Below the pieces are notes generated by a model. The model made no database searches. It was not told the origin of the DNA and worked only from the letters and a program-made list of their open reading frames with translations. Below, piece after piece: positions 8,941-17,660 of a DNA stretch of 64,000 nucleotides. The DNA lies in NCBI GenBank assembly GCA_039679945.1, contig JBDKTY010000067.1, positions 2,414 to 66,413 of the forward strand, in the 5' to 3' direction. The DNA comes from Syntrophobacter sp. Lineage in GTDB: Bacteria; Desulfobacterota; Syntrophobacteria; Syntrophobacterales; Syntrophobacteraceae. The first letter of the stretch is position 1, and each line of letters opens with the position of its first letter. A program made the translations under genes and the position numbers.

Positions 8941-9068
8941 TGATACGGAGTTGCGTTCAAGATGAGTCTATCCCTAAATCGAAGATCCCGTTCAGAATTG
9001 ACCCGTTCTACCCTTCGATACCTCAGGGCGAACGGGGGTATATCCTCTTGAACGCCAATTAGTATGAG
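8941..9068 (+). repeat. 128-nt structured intergenic repeat, copy 1
   Basis: 125/128 identical to 45643-45770. Closing inverted repeat GCGTTCAAGA (8953-8962) / TCTTGAACGC (9046-9055). Inner hairpin CCCGTTC...GAACGGG. Confidence 0.8.
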
Positions 9069-9096
9069 GGCACACATCAGCCGCGATATGAAGATG

Positions 9097-9131
9097 GAAA
9101 AGATACCGCGAGGACTGATCCTTGCGGTATC
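9097..9131 (-). terminator. Rho-independent terminator candidate downstream of vapC
   Basis: 12-bp stem GATACCGCGAGG / CCTTGCGGTATC with a 6-nt loop, followed on the minus strand by TTTTCC. Confidence 0.5.
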
Positions 9132-9189
9132 CTTCATTGCAGTCATGAGTTGATTTGGTCACGGATAGCAGAAGGTTTTGCACCGAAAT

Positions 9190-9588
9190 TCAGCTTCCGA
9201 GCTTCAGATTGATTACCTTGATTCCCTTTTTCCTGTAGCTCTCGAAGTGGACATCCGTGGTGTAAATCACTCGGACTCTTTCCGCGAGAAAACCGGCGAG
9301 AATCAGAGAATCGACGGCAGAGATACCCAGACCGTGACTGAGCGCCGCCGCCCTTGAAAGAATATCATTGTCTCTGAGCCAGAGAACCGTGCAGACAGCG
9401 GGAATTGCTTCGAGCAGAGTGGTTGCGCCCTCGATTCCTCTTTTCAGGCTCAGCATTTCGAGTTCAGAGAGGGTCAGGCAAGATACGACAGCCTCTTCTC
9501 TGTCCTCGATAAGGGCTTTCCACACGGAGACCGACGTCGAATTTCCCCGAAGAAACTCAATGAAGAAACCCGTATCAAGGCCGATCAT
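9190..9588 (-). CDS. vapC: PIN-domain toxin VapC
   Basis: MIGLDTGFFIEFL... is a typical PIN N-terminus with an acidic Asp. The protein is 132 aa and overlaps the upstream antitoxin by 14 nt. Confidence 0.85.
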   Translation of the reverse strand: MIGLDTGFFIEFLRGNSTSVSVWKALIEDREEAVVSCLTLSELEMLSLKRGIEGATTLLEAIPAVCTVLWLRDNDILSRAAALSHGLGISAVDSLILAGFLAERVRVIYTTDVHFESYRKKGIKVINLKLGS

Positions 9589-9805
9589 CGCCCCTCCCCT
9601 CCTCGACCATCCTGTCCACATCCGGGGCGACGTGAACTTTACCGGCGAGTTCCAGTGCTTTATTCCCCAAAGCCCTCTTTTGCTGGTCGATGAGGTATTT
9701 CTCGATGGCCTCCGCCACGAGACTGGAGACCGAGACCTGACGGTTGGCCGCGACACGCTTCAAGTTTTCACTCAATTTGTCCGGAATGCTGACGGTCATG
9801 CGCAT
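9575..9805 (-). CDS. vapB: Ribbon-helix-helix (CopG-like) antitoxin VapB
   Basis: MRMTVSIPDKLSENLKRVAANRQVSVSSLVAEAIEKYL is an RHH fold signature. AAGGAGG RBS lies 5 nt before the ATG at 9805. Confidence 0.8.
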   Translation of the reverse strand: MRMTVSIPDKLSENLKRVAANRQVSVSSLVAEAIEKYLIDQQKRALGNKALELAGKVHVAPDVDRMVEEGRGDDRP

Positions 9806-9867
9806 GAACACCTCCTTGCCTGATCGAACAGGTTAATACCTGCTCTTCATGGATATCATATCATACC

Positions 9868-9879
9868 TTATGCGCATAA
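9868..9879. promoter_or_regulatory. Perfect 12-bp palindrome TTATGCGCATAA, candidate vapBC operator
   Basis: It lies 63 nt upstream of the vapB start. On the minus strand it overlaps a TTGTTA-16 nt-TATGAT promoter-like arrangement. Confidence 0.3.
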
Positions 9880-10009
9880 CAATGCGATACATTCCTTCCG
9901 CGCATCGAGAGCCTAAACGGTGCACCTTCAAGCGATAAATCGATGGCTATCGGGTATTCGGCCGCCGTCGTCGATACCCTTGCTTGCGCCGCTTGATGCG
10001 AATCCGCGG

Positions 10010-10573
10010 TCACATCTTCCACCCCCGATAAACCGAGAGGCTTTCTCTCCCGCATTTCAGACTCCGCGCCAGCAGCATCCGTTTTGGCGGGAAATGGGGG
10101 CCGTAGACAAGCAGGACGCCGTCCCAGCCTCCGAGCGATTCTTCAAGGGCGTAAACGGGCTTATCGGGATAAATGAACAGGATGTCGGCGGCCCTGATGC
10201 GCTGGGTAAAGAAATCGGCGCAGAGAAAGTTCACGTGATTTCCTAGTTCAACGGCTCTCGCGGATTCCGCCGCTTCCGAAGCGAGGTCCGGGTCGGCCTC
10301 TATGCCGATGGCCGTGGTGAAAAGACCCGCCATACACGTAGCGGCGCCATCCCCGCTGCCCAGGTCCACGAAGAGCTTGAATGCGGAAAGATTGATCTTT
10401 TTGAAAAAATAGAAGAGATGAGCGGGCCGTGACCTGGCCCATGCCCCCGATGCGGTAAGCCTGTAGGAAACCTGCCCATCGGAATCGGGTACGACCTCGA
10501 AGCGGCGGATCAGTTCAATGGCCTTCCTTTGGAAAAATGATTTCCGAGGCAATAACTTCGATTCACGCCTCAT
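10010..10573 (-). CDS. Class I SAM-dependent methyltransferase
   Basis: Motif I VDLGSGDGAA, followed by the acidic loop GIEAD. ATGA overlap with the upstream gene. Confidence 0.75.
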   Translation of the reverse strand: MRRESKLLPRKSFFQRKAIELIRRFEVVPDSDGQVSYRLTASGAWARSRPAHLFYFFKKINLSAFKLFVDLGSGDGAATCMAGLFTTAIGIEADPDLASEAAESARAVELGNHVNFLCADFFTQRIRAADILFIYPDKPVYALEESLGGWDGVLLVYGPHFPPKRMLLARSLKCGRESLSVYRGWKM

Positions 10574-11373
10574 TTACGAATGATCGTTTTCGGTTCATAG
10601 TAGCCGGGCCGAACGGAAGCGACCGGGTATACGAGGCATTGCCTGCCAAGGATGGATCCCGGGTTGGTCACCGTATTGCAGCCTATCTCCACGCCATCCC
10701 CAAGCACGGCCCCCAGTTTGCGAAGACCCGTATCGACGGAATTGCCTCGGACCGTGACCCGGACGTTTGTCTCCTTAATTTTGAGGTTCGCCAGCTTGGT
10801 TCCCGCTCCCAGGTTCGTGTCATTTCCGAGAATGCTGTCGCCGATGTAGGCAAAATGTCCCGCTTTGGCGCCATTAAGCATAATGCTCGATTTCATCTCC
10901 GTGGTGTGACCGACCACACACCTCTCGCCTACAATGCATTTGCCCCGCATGTAAGCACCCTGGCGCACTTCCGTTTGCGCTCCTATCATTGCGGGGCCCT
11001 TTACCAGGGCGCCCGGTTCCAGGACTGCCCCCGGACCGATAAAGATCGCTTCGTCCCACAGGACACCGCCAGCGAACAGCACCGCCGCATCCGAGGTTTC
11101 CTCACCACCGACCTTGACCCTGAATTTTCCCTTCGTAACATCGCCGCCGATTATCTCGAACCCGGCATCCAGCCATTGACCCCGCCAGAGAACGAGGGTT
11201 TTTTCGAGGGGACGCCCGAAACATCCTACCCCGGAGACATTGGGTTTCATGTGGTTGTCAAGAAAGGAGGAGATCTTGCCGAGGGCCTCCCAGACAAGCC
11301 CGCATCCACTGAAAACATCCCTGTAAGCAAAATGGGAAAGATCAAAAAAAACTTCAGGCCGTAGAAAATCCAT
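10570..11373 (-). CDS. Left-handed beta-helix (hexapeptide repeat) protein, GlmU C-terminal-like acyltransferase or nucleotidyltransferase-associated
   Basis: Repeated [LIV]G-x4 hexapeptides (IGPGAVLEPGALVKGPAMIGAQTEVRQGAYMRGKCIVGERCVVG...). Confidence 0.7.
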   Translation of the reverse strand: MDFLRPEVFFDLSHFAYRDVFSGCGLVWEALGKISSFLDNHMKPNVSGVGCFGRPLEKTLVLWRGQWLDAGFEIIGGDVTKGKFRVKVGGEETSDAAVLFAGGVLWDEAIFIGPGAVLEPGALVKGPAMIGAQTEVRQGAYMRGKCIVGERCVVGHTTEMKSSIMLNGAKAGHFAYIGDSILGNDTNLGAGTKLANLKIKETNVRVTVRGNSVDTGLRKLGAVLGDGVEIGCNTVTNPGSILGRQCLVYPVASVRPGYYEPKTIIRK

Positions 11374-11595
11374 TTGCCCATTCCTCCCGAAATAACCGAC
11401 TTATTGCAGGACAGCGATACGGATTAGCATATTACTTGCATCAATTTGCACAAAACAGTGGTCCGATCTCGTACTTTTTCCGTATTATATAGCGGAAAAG
11501 GAAACGTATAAAAACGATTTGATACCAATCCCGTGGTTCCGGTCTTCCTATCGAAATCGGGGAGTCCCGGACGGTCCCAAAACAGGAGAAGACAG

Positions 11596-12246
11596 GTGAA
11601 GGTTCAATGTCCCGGATGCCGAATAGCTTTGACCATTCCAGATGACAAGATACCCGACGGGAAAGCGGTCAGGATGCCTTGCCCCAAATGCAAGGTGCCC
11701 GTGGAAATCAGTAGAAAGCAACCGGAGTCCGCAACACAGGAGTATTTCGCCACCGGTTCCGCGCCACCTCTGTCCGATTCTCTTTCCGACTACGCGGGTG
11801 CCGTGGACGTCGTGGAGGAGGGGGTCAAGACGGCATTGCTCTGTGTCGGCACCAGGCTGGGTGAAAAAATTGCCCAGGTGCTTCAGGAACTCGACTACTG
11901 GGTGGTGCATGCGGCGCGTTCCGGTTTCGCCCTTGGCAAACTGCATCACAATAATTATGATCTCCTCATACTTGAAGATACTTTCGATTCCGCTCAAACT
12001 GGGAACAACCTCGTCCTCCACCATGTACAGCTCTTGCCGATGCACCTCAGAAGGCAATTCTTCCTTTGCCTCTTCTCCGAAACATTGCCGTCAATGGATG
12101 CCATACGGGCTTTTCAGATGGGCGTAAATCTTATCCTCAACATTAAGGACCTCGAAAAGGCCAAAATCATTCTCGCCCGCTCGCTAAAAGAGTACAAAAG
12201 TTTCTACGGCTTCTTCAATGCCGAGATGAACCGAAAGCAGTACTGA
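11596..12246 (+). CDS. Zinc-ribbon (MJ0042-type CPxC...CPxC) protein with a receiver-like C-terminal domain
   Basis: GTG start after an AGGAG RBS. N-terminus VKVQCPGCRIALTIPDDKIP...MPCPKCKVPVEI. The C-terminal part is a CheY-like fold that lacks the N-terminal acidic pair. Confidence 0.65.
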   Translation: MKVQCPGCRIALTIPDDKIPDGKAVRMPCPKCKVPVEISRKQPESATQEYFATGSAPPLSDSLSDYAGAVDVVEEGVKTALLCVGTRLGEKIAQVLQELDYWVVHAARSGFALGKLHHNNYDLLILEDTFDSAQTGNNLVLHHVQLLPMHLRRQFFLCLFSETLPSMDAIRAFQMGVNLILNIKDLEKAKIILARSLKEYKSFYGFFNAEMNRKQY

Positions 12247-12299
12247 TAGAAGCGAAACCGGGATGGCGCGCGGGATGGGGGAAAGAGCCGGGGCTCCCG

Positions 12300-12566
12300 A
12301 TGTCCAGACATCCGCGGGTTAGAATCGAAAACTGCGTGGCCACCATCCTGGAAATCAACCGGAACCTCGGGACAGGGCAGATAAGACCGGAGATCATCCG
12401 CCAGTTCGAGCGCCTGAAGGCCTTTGTCCACGCGGTATCGGAAGAGAGCGTCGATGAAGATGATATTGACAGGATCGAGGAGGCTACTAACCAGTTGCTG
12501 GATGAGATTCGGTGCAACATGAAAATGCGGGAAATACCCTACCATCCCGAAGGGCCGATCCATTGA
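12300..12566 (+). CDS. Hypothetical small acidic protein (88 aa)
   Basis: ATG start and coding-like composition, followed by a strong terminator. I recognise no family. Confidence 0.5.
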   Translation: MSRHPRVRIENCVATILEINRNLGTGQIRPEIIRQFERLKAFVHAVSEESVDEDDIDRIEEATNQLLDEIRCNMKMREIPYHPEGPIH

Positions 12567-12588
12567 CGATTCTAAGCCCGAATATGTG

Positions 12589-12619
12589 AAAACCCCGCGT
12601 TTGCGGGGTTTTCTTTTTT
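12589..12619. terminator. Bidirectional rho-independent terminator
   Basis: AAAACCCCGC-GTTT-GCGGGGTTTTCTTTTTT lies between convergent genes. Confidence 0.7.
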
Positions 12620-12639
12620 CGTGTTCTTTCGCCAGACGG

Positions 12640-14100
12640 CTATCTTCTGCCTCCGTGGCCACCACCGCCACCAAAGCCGCCGCCGTGACCACCGCCAAAA
12701 CCGCCTCCTCCATGACCGCCACCGAAGCCGCCTCCACCGCCAAAGCCGCCTCGGGAGAAGCCGCCCCCGCTGAAACCGCTACCGCGGGCGCTCAAACCAC
12801 CGCCGCTCATGCCGGAGAAACTGCTCCCCGAGCGCACACCACCTCCACCGGTCGAGAAACCACTAAAGGACCTCGGAGCGGAAGAAGAGAATCCGGCGCT
12901 GGATCCCCTTGTCACCGGGCCGCCGAATGCGCCCGAGGTGCGGTTTTGGAACCGGCTCCCGGACACACTGGAGCCAGCCTGTCGAAAACCCGCGCCTCCA
13001 TCTCGGCCCGACCCGACGGAGGCAAGCCGATTGGAATTGATGCTCGCGTTCAGACTCCCGCCCGTACTTCGGTTCCCACCGGCCGAAAACTGCCGCCCGG
13101 AAGTGCCAAGGCCTCGAGAACCACCCGAAAGAGTATTCCCGAACCTGTCCGCATCATGGCTGACAGCCCCGGAGCCCCGAGAACTGTTCAGGTTGCGATT
13201 GAGAATAGACCGGGCACCTTGAGTGTTGCCGGCAAAATTATTCCCGGCCCGCCCGTTCGCGACTGTTCTTGAACCACCCGCCCCGGAGGCTCGTGTCACC
13301 GGGTCAATCCTTGCCACCTGCCCCGTACCGTTTCGCACGTGATTGGTGACTCTTCCCCCGCCGCCCGATGCTACATGGCCGTGATGGTGGTCTCTGGTTC
13401 CGTGGCCCCCCCCGTTGATGAATACCGTTCTGTCGAAATCGTTCAACACAAAGAAACCGTCAAAACCGACTCCTCCCCACCAAAAGGGTGACGGGACCCA
13501 GGAATACAGGTACCAGTAGTCCCAGGGAGGAGGGTAATAGGTCACAACGGGAGGACCATAATCAACATAGTATTCATCGACACCGGGGTCGTATGTGTAA
13601 TCCGGATATGGCGGTGCACTGTCACTGTAACTTTCGGGAGGCGATTGCCCTTCTCCACGATAGCCCGCCGAAAGATTCGTATTCGATCTGTAATCGTACT
13701 GCTCACCCGCGACTGTTATGGGGAGCCCCAAACCAGTGCTGACATCAGCGACCGCGCCGCTGACTCTATCCACGCTCATTGCCACTTTGCCCGCCCCCGC
13801 GGCGTCAACCGCTGCTTGCCGCACCTCTTGAAAAATATCCGGGGTAACAGGGTAATCAGCAACCCACCCGTTCTTTGGAGCAACACCGACGGAAGCCAGG
13901 GAGCTTTCCGCCTCGGCTTCCTCATTTGAAGCCGTCAGGTTAAGTGATTTCGCCAATTCGATGGCAAAATCCCCCTCGCGGACTAAAGGCTGTTCTATCG
14001 GAGGCTTGGACCCGGAAGACCCCCGCGCGCTGTCAGCAGCGGCTGCCAGAGGCATCAGGGTCAAACCCACGGCCACAAAAATGGCCACCAGTGTTTTCAT
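12640..14100 (-). CDS. Secreted protein with an aromatic/Pro-rich core and a long Gly/Ser/Arg/Asn low-complexity tail ending in a poly-Gly/His tract
   Basis: Start at MKTLVAIFVAVGLTLMPLAAAA (signal peptide, AAGGA RBS). Middle region YYPPPWDYWYLYSWVPSPFWWGG. C-terminus GGFGGGGGFGGGHGGGGFGGGHGGGFGGGGGHGGRR. Confidence 0.75.
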   Translation of the reverse strand: MKTLVAIFVAVGLTLMPLAAAADSARGSSGSKPPIEQPLVREGDFAIELAKSLNLTASNEEAEAESSLASVGVAPKNGWVADYPVTPDIFQEVRQAAVDAAGAGKVAMSVDRVSGAVADVSTGLGLPITVAGEQYDYRSNTNLSAGYRGEGQSPPESYSDSAPPYPDYTYDPGVDEYYVDYGPPVVTYYPPPWDYWYLYSWVPSPFWWGGVGFDGFFVLNDFDRTVFINGGGHGTRDHHHGHVASGGGGRVTNHVRNGTGQVARIDPVTRASGAGGSRTVANGRAGNNFAGNTQGARSILNRNLNSSRGSGAVSHDADRFGNTLSGGSRGLGTSGRQFSAGGNRSTGGSLNASINSNRLASVGSGRDGGAGFRQAGSSVSGSRFQNRTSGAFGGPVTRGSSAGFSSSAPRSFSGFSTGGGGVRSGSSFSGMSGGGLSARGSGFSGGGFSRGGFGGGGGFGGGHGGGGFGGGHGGGFGGGGGHGGRR

Positions 14101-14362
14101 AGGTATTCCTTTCCAATCCGATTTCCCTATCGACCATACGAAAATATAAGCACTGCAAGTAGTTATGGCGATTAGGATAATCACAATTCGATCAAGGTTT
14201 TTTGAACTTCCTCCGCGCGGCACCGGGGCTGGCGTCTTCGATAACTATTCAAATTTATTTTGTTTTATTATTATTGACATGCGGTATGGGTACATCTATT
14301 CTTCATATTTTCAGAGCCGGATGCGAAATCCGGCGTGTATTTACTTTTTTGGCGAGCGAACC

Positions 14363-14512
14363 ATGAGAAAAACCCTCGTTGGATGGTTGATTTGGTTCCT
14401 AGCCGCCGCGGCGCTCACGATTTTTTTGAATGCGGCCGAACAGGGCGCCAGGAAACAGAGTGAGGGTTCCGCCAAACGTCCTCCGGTCCAATACCATTAC
14501 TACATGGACTGA
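14363..14512 (+). CDS. Possible 49-aa single-pass membrane peptide
   Basis: MRKTLVGWLIWFLAAAALTIFL... lies downstream of a TTGACA-17-TATTCT promoter-like site (14274-14302). The RBS is weak, so this is a low-confidence call. Confidence 0.25.
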   Translation: MRKTLVGWLIWFLAAAALTIFLNAAEQGARKQSEGSAKRPPVQYHYYMD

Positions 14513-14620
14513 GTCCCGATTCGTGAGATTTCGAGGCTCGTCCGGAGGCAAAAACCCGGGATTCATTCGGCTGTCCGCCCCGCTCTTTCTCAACCAGCAG
14601 TAGCTCTCCCGCTTTCGAGA

Positions 14621-15598
14621 ATGACGATTTCGAGATCCAAGTATTCTTTAGTGGTTTCGACGGAACAACAAGGCCGGCGAATCGATCTGTTCCTGAGCGA
14701 CCTGATCCCTGAGCTGTCGAGGAGCCACATTCAAAGGCTCATTCGAGACGGACAGGTGCGTGTTAATGGCGCTGTCGTGAAGCCGAGTTACGAAGCCAGG
14801 CTGGGAGACACTATCCTGGCGGAAATTCCCGATCCGGACCCCGAGACCGCCCTGGTCCCGGAACCGATGCCCCTGGTCGTGCTCCATGAAGACGACGACC
14901 TCATTATCATCAATAAGCCGCCCGGACTCGTGGTTCACCCGGGGGCCGGCCACTCGGAGGGCACGCTCGTTCACGGGTTGCTCGCTCATTCACCACATCT
15001 TGCCATGCAGGGATCTCCTCTTCGCCCCGGCATCGTCCACCGCCTGGACAAGGATACCTCGGGGGCTCTGGTCATAGCTAAAAGCGAACGGGCATACCTG
15101 GACCTGATAAAGCAATTCAAGGAACACGGGGTGAAGAAGGAATACCTGGCGCTCGTCCACGGGAGCCCGGCACAGCGGGAAGGAGAGATTCGGACCCTGC
15201 TGGGGCGGCATCCGACTGAGCGCAAGAAGATCAGCGTGCTGCCCCGAGGAGGCAGGGAAGCAGTATCTCACTGGATGCTCGAAAAGAGCTGGGGGGATGC
15301 TTCGCTCCTCAAGGTGACCATTGAAACCGGAAGGACGCACCAGATACGGGTTCACCTCAGCTATATAAATCATCCGGTGATCGGTGACGAGACTTACGGG
15401 GGCGGCGCGAGACGTGCCAGGATGGCCAAATCCGATGCAATCCGTGCTTTGCTGCTCGACGCGCGGCGGCAGATGCTCCATGCGCGGCGCCTGGAGTTCA
15501 TGCATCCCACGCGAGGAGGCGCGGTCGTCGCGATTGCACCTTTGCCGGATGATTTCAGGCACATGGAAGAAGGGCTGGATGCTGTCTTGCGAAGGTGA
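14621..15598 (+). CDS. rluD: 23S rRNA pseudouridine synthase, RluA/RluD family
   Basis: S4 domain at the N-terminus and catalytic motif HRLDKDTSGALV. Confidence 0.9.
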   Translation: MTISRSKYSLVVSTEQQGRRIDLFLSDLIPELSRSHIQRLIRDGQVRVNGAVVKPSYEARLGDTILAEIPDPDPETALVPEPMPLVVLHEDDDLIIINKPPGLVVHPGAGHSEGTLVHGLLAHSPHLAMQGSPLRPGIVHRLDKDTSGALVIAKSERAYLDLIKQFKEHGVKKEYLALVHGSPAQREGEIRTLLGRHPTERKKISVLPRGGREAVSHWMLEKSWGDASLLKVTIETGRTHQIRVHLSYINHPVIGDETYGGGARRARMAKSDAIRALLLDARRQMLHARRLEFMHPTRGGAVVAIAPLPDDFRHMEEGLDAVLRR

Positions 15599-15668
15599 AA
15601 AACAGGGCAGTGCGATGTCTTTTAGTGGCGAGCGCTATCCCGGATGCAACCGGGTGTGGCAAGCGAAG

Positions 15669-16106
15669 TCATATTTTAAGAGTTTTGTGGTCCGTGACGC
15701 TTTCCGTATCGGTTGACGATCTCCCGACCTCTCCTTTCTTCCTTGATACAATCGCTTTTATCATTGCGGCTATTTCCGCGCCCGACATGGCATCCTTGAG
15801 CAGGTAATGATCCGCGCCGAACTTCTCGGCGGTTGTTCGATACTCCGGCAGGTCGTAGCTCGTAAAGATACTTACAACCACATTGGGGTGGGTATCTTTT
15901 ATCTCCCGCGTCAGCTCGAGGCCGTTCTTCCCGGGCAGGCGGATATCCATGAATATGATGTCGGGGTTAGTCTCTTCTATTTTCTTATGCACGTCGGAGC
16001 CGTCGGCGAGTTCATTGATCGAGATTGAAGGAATATACATCTTGATGATTTCCTTGAAGGAACGCCTGAAGAAATCGTTATTTTCTATAATGAGAACCGA
16101 AGACAT
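15669..16106 (-). CDS. Stand-alone CheY-like response regulator receiver
   Basis: VLIIENND...IIFMDIRLPGKNGLELTREIK...SIFTSY. Confidence 0.88.
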   Translation of the reverse strand: MSSVLIIENNDFFRRSFKEIIKMYIPSISINELADGSDVHKKIEETNPDIIFMDIRLPGKNGLELTREIKDTHPNVVVSIFTSYDLPEYRTTAEKFGADHYLLKDAMSGAEIAAMIKAIVSRKKGEVGRSSTDTESVTDHKTLKI

Positions 16107-16176
16107 CCACTCCTCCCCCCACGGCGGGCAGCACGCCCTTGAACTACGGGCATGCCTCCACGGATCCCCCCAACGA

Positions 16177-16192
16177 TGCGATCATATTGCCG
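16177..16192 (-). promoter_or_regulatory. Weak sigma-54 promoter candidate for the receiver gene
   Basis: The minus strand reads CGGCAATATGATCGCA with correct GG-N10-GC spacing, ~70 nt upstream of the ATG at 16106. It departs from consensus at T1 and in the -12 TTGC. Confidence 0.3.
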
Positions 16193-16328
16193 GAAAGGAA
16201 GATGGTAAATAAGGGATTCAGTGTATTTATGGGATAAGGGTGTTCTTTTCCATGGGACAATGCATTTCATTGCCCCTTTTCCATGGCATTCAGCGTCGAC
16301 AGATCCGCGCGGCAATAGTCACCGGCGG

Positions 16329-17654
16329 TTACTGCCTTTCCTCGGAACGGGTCGGCGGGATATGGGCCGGGAATTCAAGATAAATCAACTGGGTATTGTC
16401 CTCATAGGAGAGCAGTTCCGCATAGCGTCCCCAGGTGACGGCCGAGTCGAGCTGGCGCTCTGCCTCTTCGGGCGGGAATTCCAGTTCGAGCGCTGTCTGG
16501 ACGACATCCCATTTCAACTGGTGATTGTCGGTGGCCTTCAGCATGGCGAATATCCATTTGAAGAGGGGCAGCCTGCGAATCCTGGTAGCGAAAATCTCCT
16601 TCCTGGCCTGAATGCTTGCTTCGGCAAAGGTCTCACCGAGCGGCCTGAGAGTAATATCGCCCTGTGCAATGGTTGCGAAGCCGAGAAGCTCGGCGGCGTC
16701 GATCATTCGGAGCAGGTGGTCCGAATTGACTTTTAGTTCTTCGGCCAACCGGTAAATATCCACCCGGTCGCTTGGCATCTTGTCGAGGAATTCGAGAAGA
16801 CCCGTAAGCTCATTGAGGTTTATGAGCGGCAGCGCGCGGGTGCGGCCCGGCTCGCCGGGCGCGGTTCCCAGCTCCAGGTGCTCGGGCTGAGTCTGGCCGG
16901 CAAGAAGCGCATAGACCCTGTCGACGACCTCCAGGAATTTCGGGTCTTTTCGCATCCGCGGCTGTGGCAGGGGTACCCTGAGGTCCGCCACCACACGGCC
17001 CGGGTCCTTCTCCATGACGATTATCCGGTCGGCCATGAAAATGGCCTCTTCTATGTTGTGCGTCACCATGAGAATGGCGCGGGTGGGGATGCGGCCTCCC
17101 GTCCAGAGTTCGAGGAGTTCTCCCCGCAGGGCTTCGGCGCTCAAAACGTCGAGCGCGGAGAAAGGTTCATCGAGGCACAGCAGTTCGGGGTCGATGGCCA
17201 TGGCGCGGGCGAACCCCACTTTTTGGCGCATTCCCCCGGAGAGTTCGCGCGGGTAGGCCGTTTCAAAACCATCCAGGCCGACCCGGTCGAGCAGATCGAG
17301 CGCGCGCGTGACGCTCAGCTTGGAGGGGACGCCCCGGGCCTTGAGAGCTACTTCCACATTCTCCTGAACTGTCAGCCACGGAAACAGGGCAAAGGTCTGG
17401 AATACGATCGCCGCATTGGGATTAATGCCTTCGAGGGGGGCGCCGCGGTAGAGCACCCGGCCGTCCGTCGCCGCCTGCAACCCCGTTATTATGCGAAGAA
17501 GCGTGCTCTTCCCGCACCCCGAGGGCCCGAGAAGAACGACGAATTCACCTTCCTCGATGGTGATATTGATGTCCCGCACGGCGGTGAATTGCTTCCCGCC
17601 CGTGCCATAAACCTGGCTGACACCTTTTAATTTCAGAAGGGAGATATCCGCCAT
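16329..17654 (-). CDS. ABC transporter ATP-binding protein (NitT/TauT family) with an extra ~170-aa C-terminal domain
   Basis: Walker A GPSGCGKST, signature LSGGMRQK, Walker B LLCLDEP, then a non-ABC C-terminal extension. Confidence 0.9.
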   Translation of the reverse strand: MADISLLKLKGVSQVYGTGGKQFTAVRDINITIEEGEFVVLLGPSGCGKSTLLRIITGLQAATDGRVLYRGAPLEGINPNAAIVFQTFALFPWLTVQENVEVALKARGVPSKLSVTRALDLLDRVGLDGFETAYPRELSGGMRQKVGFARAMAIDPELLCLDEPFSALDVLSAEALRGELLELWTGGRIPTRAILMVTHNIEEAIFMADRIIVMEKDPGRVVADLRVPLPQPRMRKDPKFLEVVDRVYALLAGQTQPEHLELGTAPGEPGRTRALPLINLNELTGLLEFLDKMPSDRVDIYRLAEELKVNSDHLLRMIDAAELLGFATIAQGDITLRPLGETFAEASIQARKEIFATRIRRLPLFKWIFAMLKATDNHQLKWDVVQTALELEFPPEEAERQLDSAVTWGRYAELLSYEDNTQLIYLEFPAHIPPTRSEERQ

Positions 17655-17660
17655 AAATGA

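Noticed and set aside
11425-11440. Sigma-54-like TAGCATATTACTTGCA upstream of the zinc-ribbon gene
   Set aside because: The -12 TTGCA and the spacing are good, but the essential -24 GG is AG.
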